Of a DNA stretch of 64,000 nucleotides, positions 7,814 to 17,923 are shown piece after piece. The notes below the pieces were generated by a model that ran no database searches, was not told the origin of the DNA, and worked only from the letters and a program-made list of their open reading frames with translations. The stretch lies in sequence record MK327940.1. One strand, written 5' to 3'. The first letter of the stretch is position 1; each line of letters opens with the position of its first letter. The stretch is from Escherichia phage vB_EcoM_G29. The position numbers and the translations under genes were made by a program.

Positions 7814-8101
7814 TTACCATTTATAATAATACATATTTACGATGCATTCAAGACCCAAAGGATTCTTGAAAATATCATATTCAAGAGGACCTTTTTCTGT
7901 TTCAATAAAGAAATCAAAATTTACTGTATTAAATTTACGTTCTTCCTTCACTAATTTAACTTGAGAAGATGAACGGTCAATGTAAACCTTTTCAACTTCA
8001 AAACATGTTAAAATGCCATAATCATCAATCAAAGCTTTAGCCGCGTCTTGATCATATTTATATCCATTTTCAATGGATGATACTTTCGCATAAAGAATCA
8101 T
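7814..8101 (-). CDS. hypothetical protein
   Basis: 95 aa track ORF in the operon upstream of the tRNA cluster. Confidence 0.55.
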   Translation of the reverse strand: MILYAKVSSIENGYKYDQDAAKALIDDYGILTCFEVEKVYIDRSSSQVKLVKEERKFNTVNFDFFIETEKGPLEYDIFKNPLGLECIVNMYYYKW

Positions 8102-8103
8102 TA

Positions 8104-8502
8104 TCAGCCTTCATCAACAATAGTGTGAGTATTAGCATTTACGATTTGCCACCAATCAAAGCGATTAGAATCCATCGGTTTGTTTTCATTTTCTTTGATA
8201 ATGTCACGGAGTTCATCTTCAGAGAATGCTTTAGCGATTAAATCGGTATACCCACCACGTGGATAATAATTATCACCTGCAAACAAAAGGAAATTTACCT
8301 TCCCGGAAGGAACATACGCTTCCTTAGGATACTTGTTTCCTGCGTGGTCAACCACTTCAATATAACGGTAAGGAATATCGGTTCTTTCAACCCATTGCCA
8401 TGCCGCCGCAGGGGAATCGAAAGCATCTACACCTAAACGATTATCTTCATCTTTAGACGGATTATTTTCGTAATCCGCATATACATAATATTCAACGTTC
8501 AT
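8104..8502 (-). CDS. hypothetical protein
   Basis: 132 aa track ORF; stop abuts the next start. Confidence 0.55.
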   Translation of the reverse strand: MNVEYYVYADYENNPSKDEDNRLGVDAFDSPAAAWQWVERTDIPYRYIEVVDHAGNKYPKEAYVPSGKVNFLLFAGDNYYPRGGYTDLIAKAFSEDELRDIIKENENKPMDSNRFDWWQIVNANTHTIVDEG

Positions 8503-8687
8503 TATTCACCTTTAGAAATTTTATCCATAACAATAGCAATTAAACCAATTAAAAATGCTACTACAAGTGAAAAAACATTTTCTGCCGTAGTCAATAATCC
8601 GCATATAAATCCAACAAACATTGAAAAACTGAAAGCGGAAGCAGAAATTGCAATAGCAACATTTCGAATTAATTCACAACGTTTCAT
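8502..8687 (-). CDS. hypothetical small membrane protein
   Basis: 61 aa, mostly hydrophobic; GAGGAG ribosome-binding site; early promoter with inverted repeat upstream. Confidence 0.5.
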   Translation of the reverse strand: MKRCELIRNVAIAISASAFSFSMFVGFICGLLTTAENVFSLVVAFLIGLIAIVMDKISKGE

Positions 8688-8706
8688 TTTATTCTCCTCA
8701 GTAGTA

Positions 8707-8745
8707 GATAGGGTAATAGTATCACTACCCTATCTAAAAGTAAAC
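8707..8745 (-). promoter_or_regulatory. early sigma70-type promoter with inverted repeat bracketing the -10 (PeSL-like cassette)
   Basis: Minus strand: GTTTAC, about 17-18 bp, TGaTACTAT; inverted repeat gatagggta/taccctatc at 8707-8715 and 8726-8734. Confidence 0.6.
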
Positions 8746-8979
8746 TTATTTTTTACGAAAAATTGATTTATTTTCTGCTGCCCATTTTTCAATAACTGCA
8801 GCAGGACCAGTAACAACAATTTTATCACCGTAATCTTCTGCGGCGAGTTGACCGAAATTATCTAATGCATCACGAAGAACTCCATGAGGCATTTCACCCA
8901 TTTTATCTTTCTTGCCAGTGTAAATAAACTCAACTTTTACATCAGCAGTTTCAGCAATAAATTCTTGGTAAGTTTTCAT
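8746..8979 (-). CDS. internal head protein-like (capsid-targeting sequence MKTYQEFIAE)
   Basis: Start placed at the ATG giving MKTYQEFIAETADV... (77 aa); exact match to the T4 internal-protein targeting motif. Confidence 0.7.
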   Translation of the reverse strand: MKTYQEFIAETADVKVEFIYTGKKDKMGEMPHGVLRDALDNFGQLAAEDYGDKIVVTGPAAVIEKWAAENKSIFRKK

Positions 8980-9005
8980 TTTGATTTCCATTTGGTTTTG
9001 TTTTG

Positions 9006-9050
9006 ATAGGGTAATAGTATCACAACTAAAACCCTATGTAAACAACTTTG
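9006..9050 (-). promoter_or_regulatory. early promoter with inverted repeat (PeSL-like cassette)
   Basis: Minus strand: TTTACA (9037-9042), 17 bp, TACTAT (9014-9019) with TGa; inverted repeat atagggt/accctat. Confidence 0.6.
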
Positions 9051-9055
9051 TGAAA

Positions 9056-9313
9056 TTATTTTAAATCTTCTAATCGTTTCTTCATCTTAGAACCATTTTT
9101 AGCAATTTCTCCTGCATCGGAGCATAATGCTAAAAGTGCTTTAACTTTAGTTTGGTCTCCTTTAAAAGATGAAGGATCGACCGCAGCAGCAAGTTCTTTA
9201 ATACGAGAGAAAAGACGCTCAGCTTCAGCTAAAGCCATTCCAAGCTTTACTTCCATACCGTGGGAAGATTCAGTGATAGTAGTTTTTGTAGCAAACTCTT
9301 TGAAAGTTTTCAT
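9056..9313 (-). CDS. internal head protein-like (MKTFKEFATK N-terminus)
   Basis: 85 aa track ORF; N-terminus resembles the capsid-targeting sequence; ipI-equivalent position beside 57B. Confidence 0.6.
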   Translation of the reverse strand: MKTFKEFATKTTITESSHGMEVKLGMALAEAERLFSRIKELAAAVDPSSFKGDQTKVKALLALCSDAGEIAKNGSKMKKRLEDLK

Positions 9314-9335
9314 TTTTATTTTCCTAATTAATTTT

Positions 9336-9380
9336 GATGAGGTAATAGTATCACTACCTCATCAGTATGTAAACAACTTT
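9336..9380 (-). promoter_or_regulatory. early promoter with inverted repeat (PeSL-like cassette)
   Basis: Minus strand: TTTACA (9368-9373), 17 bp, TACTAT (9345-9350); inverted repeat gatgaggta/tacctcatc with paired changes relative to the 8707 copy. Confidence 0.6.
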
Positions 9381-9386
9381 GTGAAA

Positions 9387-10071
<685 letters not shown>

Positions 10072-10072
<1 letters not shown>

Positions 10073-10797
10073 TATAGTACCTTTAGCGTATTTTTAATTT
10101 TAGAAAAAAGTTCTTCAAGAGAACCATCGTTTGTAATTACTAAATCGCCATCACGAATTGGCAATCCAGCTTCTGTAATATGTGTATCATTGGATTTTTG
10201 ACCAGGACGAACTACATGAATTACTGTAGCACCCATCGCCCTAGCCGCATCCATTTCATGATCTTGACGGGTATCAGGAACGATATAATAATCATAACCT
10301 GAGTTAAATTTATCAAGATAATCTAAAGCAAATAATTTTATCCAGTACATGCGGTCGAAGTTATTAACAATCAAATCCGTACCTAGGGCTTGCATCAGAC
10401 GACGGACTGACCATTGATCTTCAATATTATTTATAACGTCAATAATCTTGTTAAATGCTACGGAATTAACTGATTCTTGTCCTTCGTCATCAAAAACAAA
10501 CACACCTTTAATTGGGCTTTTACCATTAAGATAGCAAAATGCTTGTTCCATAATCGTGATTACTTCTAATTTAGTTAGATTTAAATTAGTCTCACGATCA
10601 TAGTCAATTCCTTCAAACTCTTTACGAGTTAAGCAAGGATAGTCGGTATTTGCTGCAAATACTCCCCATGCATAAGCCAATGCATCCTTAATAGGACCAG
10701 CAAGTTGGTATTTAACTGCAGAATAATTGCTCATGATAAAATCAGCAGTAGTATCTTTTCCACTACGCTTTACACCGCTTAAAAAGATTAGTTTCAT
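10072..10797 (-). CDS. 1: deoxynucleoside monophosphate kinase
   Basis: 241 aa; P-loop GVKRSGKDT; T4 gene 1 length and synteny. Confidence 0.92.
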
Positions 10798-10846
10798 ATG
10801 TTTCTCCTCAAATTTAGTTAAGATTATAACACATGAAACTGAAGCA

Positions 10847-11377
10847 TTAAACTTCCGCTATAATTTTTCCATCTTTTTCTACTTGAAAATACGTATAAGG
10901 AATCGTTGCTGTACATACTAAAGCCGGGTCTGAATCTTCTGTGTAGCTAAATTCTACTTCAGACAGGTCAGAAACCCAAGGCTTATAAAAATTTATTGAC
11001 ATCACGATTTCAGTTTTGCTATTATCTAAAATGTAAAGCGTAATGTATTCAGGACCTGTTTTTTGGGCAGTATTTTCACCTGTAAGATAGTTGCTAGTTC
11101 CTAGCATCCATTCATACATTCCTATCCATGACTTAAGTTCTTCATCAACTATAAATCTCACGATGAGTGGATCGTACTCAAATGTAGCACCTGGACGTTG
11201 TGCTCGGCCCAGTCCAAACGGCCCAGTCACGGTATCAGTAACAGGTATTCTAATTCCTGGAATAGGAACTGACTGAGCATTTAAAGTAAAAGCAGATGTA
11301 GTATTACTATGTGGTATTGATACTACAAAGTTAGTTGTATTTGCTTGGTTAAAAATTTGTTGCAGTGCTTGCGACAT
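10847..11377 (-). CDS. 3: tail completion / sheath stabiliser gp3
   Basis: Start moved to the ATG at 11377 (MSQALQQIF..., 176 aa) with GAGGAA upstream; synteny 1-3-2-4. Confidence 0.8.
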   Translation of the reverse strand: MSQALQQIFNQANTTNFVVSIPHSNTTSAFTLNAQSVPIPGIRIPVTDTVTGPFGLGRAQRPGATFEYDPLIVRFIVDEELKSWIGMYEWMLGTSNYLTGENTAQKTGPEYITLYILDNSKTEIVMSINFYKPWVSDLSEVEFSYTEDSDPALVCTATIPYTYFQVEKDGKIIAEV

Positions 11378-11483
11378 ATATTCCTCATAATGCTTTATAA
11401 CTGTTGGTGGTATAATGGGTCTAAGTCCCTTCCATTCAATTCCATTTAGAACAAACAACAGAAAAGAATGGAAGATAATAGAA

Positions 11484-12308
11484 TTAGATATTTGACCAGA
11501 CTTTGTTTGCAGAGAAACGTTTTCCTTTTGAAACGAACTGCTGAAGTGGCATTAACACAACGTTCGCCCAGTCTTTCGGGGCGATTTCAACAAGGCTACC
11601 CATAATATTACCAGGTATATATGCCTTAATCATTTGGTCTGCACCCCTAAATCCTTTCACTTGACTCCAATCAATTTTTAATTTCGTTTTATTAGTAATA
11701 GTAGGTGTATTTGAATATTGCTTTAAAAGCTCTTCTAGGAATTGCTGGCGAGCTTTAGGTGGAATATAGTGCAAGTTCAATCCGTACATTAAATTATGCT
11801 TACCTAAACCAAGGTAAATTATCAAAGGAAATTTATCCCAGTAAGGAAGAGTTTCCTTGTGTTTAGCATCATAAGCAAAAGCATATATTCGTCCCGGCTG
11901 CGGGCGAACAACTTTATGTCCTTTTACTTGCTTAATAGTTTCAGCAAACCACTTTCTGGTTTTATTATTAATTGCTGCGCCTTCATTACGAATTTTATCG
12001 CGCAATGTTTGTCTGAATGAATTTATCATAAGCAGTTGTCTTTCTTGCTTATTGAGTTTATTCATTGGTTTTGATTCAAGCTTTTGAATCTTTTCAGCCG
12101 TTTTAATTCCTGAAGCATATTTTGACATTGCTGAAGTAAACGTAGAGTATTTGATTCCTCTTTCTTCAGCAAATTGCTTTCCGGTCATTCCTTTTGCTTT
12201 GGCCTTTTTATATTCAAGACCTATCTGAATCCATTTCTTTTCGTTTAATGATTGCTTAACCTTTGGAACTTGGGGAGTGCTTTCATTAATTATTTGAAAA
12301 ATAGCCAT
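11484..12308 (-). CDS. 2: DNA end protector gp2
   Basis: 274 aa track ORF; T4 length and synteny. Confidence 0.85.
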   Translation of the reverse strand: MAIFQIINESTPQVPKVKQSLNEKKWIQIGLEYKKAKAKGMTGKQFAEERGIKYSTFTSAMSKYASGIKTAEKIQKLESKPMNKLNKQERQLLMINSFRQTLRDKIRNEGAAINNKTRKWFAETIKQVKGHKVVRPQPGRIYAFAYDAKHKETLPYWDKFPLIIYLGLGKHNLMYGLNLHYIPPKARQQFLEELLKQYSNTPTITNKTKLKIDWSQVKGFRGADQMIKAYIPGNIMGSLVEIAPKDWANVVLMPLQQFVSKGKRFSANKVWSNI

Positions 12309-12760
12309 TATGCCCCCTTAAAGCCAAGAGCTCGTAATCCATCTTCTGTTAAAATTCTAAATTTTATTCCACGCTTTTCAGCTAAAGCTTGAGCTGCTTT
12401 CCATTTGTCAGTATTAACGGAATATGTATAAATTTCATTCATAAATCTTTTCTTCGCTGCAGTTGTTAGATGTGCTGGTTTAACTGGTGGTTGTGTTTCT
12501 TTTTTAGGTTTTATTTCAATAAAAAATTCTTGTCCAGAAGAATCTTTCATCCAAATATCCATGAAGTATCTACGTTTTTTCCCTTCTGCATTACAAAAAT
12601 AAGGAATTACTGCTGTTTCACTACCCCATGCAATAATTTCTGGATTTTTATCTAACCATTCAAAAAAGAATTTTTCCCAATTTGATCTATACGTAATTTT
12701 TTTAGGGTCACCTCTATACTTTGATATATTTTTAGGAACCCATTTTCCAGAATATGCCAT
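12308..12760 (-). CDS. 4: head completion protein gp4
   Basis: 150 aa track ORF; synteny; late promoter TATAAATA (minus) at 12787-12794. Confidence 0.85.
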   Translation of the reverse strand: MAYSGKWVPKNISKYRGDPKKITYRSNWEKFFFEWLDKNPEIIAWGSETAVIPYFCNAEGKKRRYFMDIWMKDSSGQEFFIEIKPKKETQPPVKPAHLTTAAKKRFMNEIYTYSVNTDKWKAAQALAEKRGIKFRILTEDGLRALGFKGA

Positions 12761-12771
12761 TGGATTCTCCT

Positions 12772-12794
12772 TATAAATAGATAATATATTTATA
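12772..12794. promoter_or_regulatory. divergent late promoters between gene 4 (minus) and gene 53 (plus)
   Basis: Exact TATAAATA on plus strand at 12772-12779 and on minus strand at 12787-12794. Confidence 0.8.
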
Positions 12795-12807
12795 AACAGG
12801 AGGGCCC

Positions 12808-13398
12808 ATGCTCTTTACATTTTTTGATCCGATTGAATATGCGGCCAAAACGGTGAATAAAAACGCGCCGACTATTCCTATGACAGATATTTTTAGAAAC
12901 TATAAAGACTATTTTAAACGCGCTCTTGCGGGATACCGCTTACGTACTTATTATATCAAAGGTTCACCACGCCCGGAAGAATTAGCAAATACTATATATG
13001 GAAATCCACAGTTGTATTGGGTTTTATTGATGTGTAATGATAATTATGACCCGTATTATGGATGGATTACTTCACAAGAAGCAGCTTATCAAGCATCTAT
13101 ACAAAAATACAAAAATGTAGGTGGAGACCAAATAGTATATCATGTGAATGAGAACGGTGAAAAATTTTATAATTTAATATCATACGATGATAATCCATAT
13201 GTTTGGTATGATAAAGGTGATAAAGCTAGAAAATATCCTCAATATGAAGGAGCACTTGCTGCTGTTAATACGTATGAAGATGCTGTTCTTGAAAATGAAA
13301 AACTTCGTCAAATAAAAATAATAGCAAAATCAGACATTAATTCATTTATGAACGACCTTATACGTATAATGGAGAAATCTTATGGAAATGATAAGTAA
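12808..13398 (+). CDS. 53: baseplate wedge protein gp53
   Basis: 196 aa; T4 length and synteny. Confidence 0.9.
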   Translation: MLFTFFDPIEYAAKTVNKNAPTIPMTDIFRNYKDYFKRALAGYRLRTYYIKGSPRPEELANTIYGNPQLYWVLLMCNDNYDPYYGWITSQEAAYQASIQKYKNVGGDQIVYHVNENGEKFYNLISYDDNPYVWYDKGDKARKYPQYEGALAAVNTYEDAVLENEKLRQIKIIAKSDINSFMNDLIRIMEKSYGNDK

Positions 13399-15109
13399 TA
13401 ACCTTAATTGGTTTGTTGGTGTTGTTGAAGATAGAATGGACCCATTAAAATTAGGTCGTGTTCGTGTTCGTGTGGTTGGTCTGCATCCACCTCAAAGAGC
13501 ACAAGGCGATGTAATGGGTATTCCAACTGAAAAATTACCATGGATGTCAGTTATTCAACCTATAACTTCTGCAGCAATGTCTGGAATTGGAGGTTCTGTT
13601 ACTGGACCGGTAGAAGGAACTAGAGTTTATGGTCATTTTTTAGACAAATGGAAAACTAACGGAATTGTCCTTGGCACGTATGGTGGAATAGTTCGCGAAA
13701 AACCGAATAGACTTGAAGGATTTTCTGACCCAACTGGGCAATATCCTAGACGTTTAGGAAATGATACTAATGTATTAAACCAAGGCGGAGAAGTAGGATA
13801 TGATTCGTCTTCTAACATTATCCAAGATAGTAACTTAGACACTGCAATAAATCCCGATGATAGACCACTATCAGAGATTCCAACCGATGATAATCCAAAT
13901 ATGTCAATGGCTGACATGCTTCGCCGTGATGAAGGATTAAGACTAAAAGTTTATTGGGATACTGAAGGATATCCGACAATTGGTATTGGTCATCTTATCA
14001 TGAAGCAGCCAGTTCGTGATATGGCTCAAATTAATAAAGTTTTATCAAAACAAGTTGGTCGTGAAATTACTGGAAACCCAGGTTCTATTACGATGGAAGA
14101 GGCGACGACTTTATTTGAACGTGATTTGGCTGATATGCAACGGGACATTAAATCACATTCTAAAGTAGGACCAGTCTGGCAAGCTGTCAACCGTTCTCGT
14201 CAAATGGCGTTAGAAAATATGGCATTTCAAATGGGTGTTGGCGGTGTAGCTAAATTTAACACAATGTTAACTGCTATGTTAGCCGGAGATTGGGAAAAAG
14301 CATATAAAGCCGGTCGTGATTCATTGTGGTATCAACAAACAAAAGGCCGTGCATCCCGTGTTACCATGATTATTCTTACGGGGAATTTGGAATCATATGG
14401 TGTTGAAGTGAAAACCCCAGCTAGGTCTCTATCAGCAATGGCTGCTACTGTAGCTAAATCTTCTGACCCGGCTGACCCTCCTATTCCAAATGACTCGAGA
14501 ATTTTATTCAAAGAACCAGTTTCTTCATATAAAGGTGAATATCCTTATGTGCATACAATGGAAACTGAAAGCGGACATATTCAGGAATTTGATGATACTC
14601 CTGGGCAAGAACGATACAGATTAGTTCATCCGACTGGAACTTATGAAGAAGTATCACCGTCAGGAAGAAGAACAAGAAAAACTGTCGATAATTTGTATGA
14701 TATAACCAACGCTGATGGTAATTTTTTGGTAGCCGGTGATAAAAAGACTAACGTCGGTGGATCAGAAATTTATTACAACATGGATAATCGTCTTCACCAA
14801 ATAGATGGAAGCAATACAATATTTGTACGTGGCGATGAAACTAAGACAGTTGAAGGCAATGGAACTATCCTAGTTAAAGGTAATGTTACTATTGTAGTTG
14901 AAGGTAATGCTGACATTACAGTTAAAGGAGATGCTACCACTTTAGTTGAAGGAAATCAAACTAACACAGTAAATGGAAATCTTTCTTGGAAAGTTGCTGG
15001 GACAGTTGATTGGGACGTTGGTGGTGATTGGACAGAAAAAATGGCATCTATGAGTTCTATTTCATCTGGTCAATACACAATTGATGGATCGAGGATTGAC
15101 ATTGGCTAA
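13382..15109 (+). CDS. 5: baseplate hub + tail lysozyme gp5
   Basis: 575 aa; internal lysozyme domain MADMLRRDEGLRLKVYWDTEGYPTIGIGHL paralogous to e; C-terminal VxGxxxxx beta-helix repeats. Confidence 0.95.
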   Translation: MEMISNNLNWFVGVVEDRMDPLKLGRVRVRVVGLHPPQRAQGDVMGIPTEKLPWMSVIQPITSAAMSGIGGSVTGPVEGTRVYGHFLDKWKTNGIVLGTYGGIVREKPNRLEGFSDPTGQYPRRLGNDTNVLNQGGEVGYDSSSNIIQDSNLDTAINPDDRPLSEIPTDDNPNMSMADMLRRDEGLRLKVYWDTEGYPTIGIGHLIMKQPVRDMAQINKVLSKQVGREITGNPGSITMEEATTLFERDLADMQRDIKSHSKVGPVWQAVNRSRQMALENMAFQMGVGGVAKFNTMLTAMLAGDWEKAYKAGRDSLWYQQTKGRASRVTMIILTGNLESYGVEVKTPARSLSAMAATVAKSSDPADPPIPNDSRILFKEPVSSYKGEYPYVHTMETESGHIQEFDDTPGQERYRLVHPTGTYEEVSPSGRRTRKTVDNLYDITNADGNFLVAGDKKTNVGGSEIYYNMDNRLHQIDGSNTIFVRGDETKTVEGNGTILVKGNVTIVVEGNADITVKGDATTLVEGNQTNTVNGNLSWKVAGTVDWDVGGDWTEKMASMSSISSGQYTIDGSRIDIG

Positions 15110-15638
15110 TATACTTCCAATGAGCGCTGATTTAGGAGAATCCATGGAAGGTTCTTCTATCGACGTCACCTTTACCGCTCAATTAGAAACAGGTGAAACG
15201 TTAGTATCTATAAATATAACTAGTTACGAAGAAACTCCTGGGGTTTTAGTAGAAGAAAATCGCTTATACGGAACATATGAATCTGTGTTTGGATTTGGAA
15301 ATGACGCGTTGAAATATCGTTTAGGCGATGAATTTAAAACTGCTGCTTCATGGGAAGAACTTCCTACTGATTCTGATACTCAGTTGTATTTATGGAAAGC
15401 TCCTCAAAACCTCCAGAAGACATTCACTTACGAAGTAACATTAATATATGACTACCAAGAACAAAGTGAATCTGGAGGTTCTGGCAGTAATTCTAGGTCA
15501 TCCTCTGATACTACTGAACCGACGGATCCTCCTGCTCCAGTAAGAAAAACTCTAGTTAAAAATTACACAAAAACTATAGTTGGAAATTGGAGTCGTTGGG
15601 CTAATAAATTAAGAAGCTATGTGTATGAGAGGTCATAG
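15081..15638 (+). CDS. 5.1: gp5.1-like protein
   Basis: 185 aa track ORF between 5 and 5.4; start uncertain. Confidence 0.65.
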
Positions 15639-15932
15639 ATGTCAGGATTAAGTTATGATAAGTGTGTTACTGCTGGCCATGAAGCATGGCCTCCAACAGT
15701 TGTGAATGCCACACAAAGTAAAGTATTCACTGGAGGAATTGCTGTTCTCGTAGCAGGTGATCCAATTACAGAACATACAGAAATTAAAAAGCCATATGAA
15801 ACACATGGCGGAGTGACACAACCCAGAACTTCTAAGGTATATGTCACTGGAAAGAAAGCTGTTCAAATGGCTGATCCAATATCATGCGGTGATACTGTGG
15901 CTCAGGCATCATCTAAAGTATTCATTAAATAG
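15639..15932 (+). CDS. 5.4: PAAR-repeat spike tip protein gp5.4
   Basis: 97 aa; size and position as T4 gp5.4. Confidence 0.8.
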
Positions 15933-15940
15933 GATTTAAA

Positions 15941-17923
15941 ATGGCAAATACCCCTGTAAATTATCAATTAACAAGAACAGCAAATGCTATTCCCGAGATA
16001 TTCGTCGGGGGTACGTTTGCTGAAATAAAACAAAACCTCATTGAATGGCTTAATGGCCAAAATGAATTTTTGGATTATGATTTTGAAGGCTCAAGATTAA
16101 ACGTTCTGTGTGACCTTTTGGCTTATAATACATTGTACATTCAGCAGTTTGGTAATGCTGCTGTGTATGAAAGCTTTATGCGTACTGCTAACTTACGAAG
16201 TTCAGTTGTTCAAGCTGCACAAGATAACGGATATTTACCTACTTCAAAATCCGCTGCGCAGACCGAAATTATGTTAACATGCACCGACGCATTGAATAGG
16301 AATTACATTACAATTCCTCGCGGAACTCGCTTTTTAGCATATGCAAAAGATACTTCTGTTAATCCATATAACTTTGTATCTACCGAAGATGTTATTGCTA
16401 TTCGTGATAAAAATAACCAATATTTTCCACGATTAAAATTGGCCCAAGGACGTATAGTAAGAACTGAAATCATTTATGATAAATTGACACCTATTATCAT
16501 TTATGATAAAAATATTGATAGAAACCAGGTTAAATTATACGTTGATGGAGCGGAATGGATTAACTGGACAAGAAAGTCAATGGTTCATGCTGGTTCTACA
16601 TCAACAATTTACTACATGCGTGAAACTATTGATGGAAACACTGAATTCTATTTTGGTGAAGGTGAAATTTCTGTTAATGCTTCTGAAGGAGCTTTGACCG
16701 CTAATTATATCGGAGGTCTCAAACCTACTCAGAACTCTACGATTGTTATTGAGTACATTAGTACTAATGGTGCTGACGCGAACGGAGCAGTCGGATTTTC
16801 ATACGCAGATACATTAACAAATATAACTATCATCAATATTAATGAAAATCCAAACGGTGACCCAGATTTTGTTGGGGCAGATGGAGGCGGTGATCCAGAA
16901 GATATTGAGCGTATTCGCGAATTGGGTACTATTAAACGCGAAACCCAGCAACGATGCGTAACTGCGACTGACTACGATACATTCGTTTCAGAGAGATTTG
17001 GTTCTATTATTCAGGCAGTTCAGACTTTCACTGATTCTACTAAACCTGGGTATGCATTTATTGCTGCTAAACCTAAATCAGGTCTGTATTTAACTACTGT
17101 ACAGCGTGAAGATATTAAAAATTATCTCAAAGACTATAATTTAGCTCCTATTACGCCATCAATTATTTCTCCTAATTACCTTTTTATTAAGACTAATTTA
17201 AAAGTCACATATGCTTTAAATAAACTACAAGAATCCGAGCAGTGGCTTGAAGGTCAAATAATTGATAAAATTGATCGCTATTATACCGAAGATGTAGAAA
17301 TTTTTAACTCGTCTTTCGCTAAATCTAAGATGTTAACTTATGTAGATGATGCAGATCATTCTGTCATTGGTTCATCAGCGACTATTCAAATGGTTCGTGA
17401 AGTACAAAACTTCTATAAAACACCTGAAGCAGGTATTAAATACAATAATCAAATAAAAGATCGTTCTATGGAATCTAATACGTTTTCATTTAATTCTGGA
17501 CGAAAGGTTGTAAATCCTGATACTGGTTTAGAAGAAGATGTATTATATGATGTTCGTATAGTATCAACAGACCGAGATTCTAAAGGAATTGGTAAAGTTA
17601 TTATTGGTCCATTTGCTTCTGGCGATGTTACAGAAAATGAAAACATTCAGCCATATACAGGCAATGATTTTAATAAATTAGCAAATTCTGATGGACGCGA
17701 CAAATACTATGTTATCGGTGAAATAAATTATCCGGCTGACATGATTTATTGGAATATCGCTAAAATTAATTTAACATCTGAAAAATTTGAGGTTCAGACT
17801 ATTGAATTATATTCTGACCCAACCGATGATGTTATCTTTACCCGTGATGGTTCACTGATTGTATTTGAAAATGATTTACGTCCGCAATACTTAACTATCG
17901 ATTTGGAGCCTATATCACAATGA
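15941..17923 (+). CDS. 6: baseplate wedge protein gp6
   Basis: 660 aa; T4 length and synteny. Confidence 0.92.
   Translation: MANTPVNYQLTRTANAIPEIFVGGTFAEIKQNLIEWLNGQNEFLDYDFEGSRLNVLCDLLAYNTLYIQQFGNAAVYESFMRTANLRSSVVQAAQDNGYLPTSKSAAQTEIMLTCTDALNRNYITIPRGTRFLAYAKDTSVNPYNFVSTEDVIAIRDKNNQYFPRLKLAQGRIVRTEIIYDKLTPIIIYDKNIDRNQVKLYVDGAEWINWTRKSMVHAGSTSTIYYMRETIDGNTEFYFGEGEISVNASEGALTANYIGGLKPTQNSTIVIEYISTNGADANGAVGFSYADTLTNITIININENPNGDPDFVGADGGGDPEDIERIRELGTIKRETQQRCVTATDYDTFVSERFGSIIQAVQTFTDSTKPGYAFIAAKPKSGLYLTTVQREDIKNYLKDYNLAPITPSIISPNYLFIKTNLKVTYALNKLQESEQWLEGQIIDKIDRYYTEDVEIFNSSFAKSKMLTYVDDADHSVIGSSATIQMVREVQNFYKTPEAGIKYNNQIKDRSMESNTFSFNSGRKVVNPDTGLEEDVLYDVRIVSTDRDSKGIGKVIIGPFASGDVTENENIQPYTGNDFNKLANSDGRDKYYVIGEINYPADMIYWNIAKINLTSEKFEVQTIELYSDPTDDVIFTRDGSLIVFENDLRPQYLTIDLEPISQ

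Noticed and set aside
13633-13917. Antisense ORF inside gene 5; similar antisense ORFs inside genes 7, 9, 10, 11, 17, 19, 20, 22, 23, 24, alt, uvsW and 30
   Set aside because: All are embedded in well-supported structural or enzyme genes on the opposite strand, lack start context, and are typical length for chance ORFs in AT-rich sequence.
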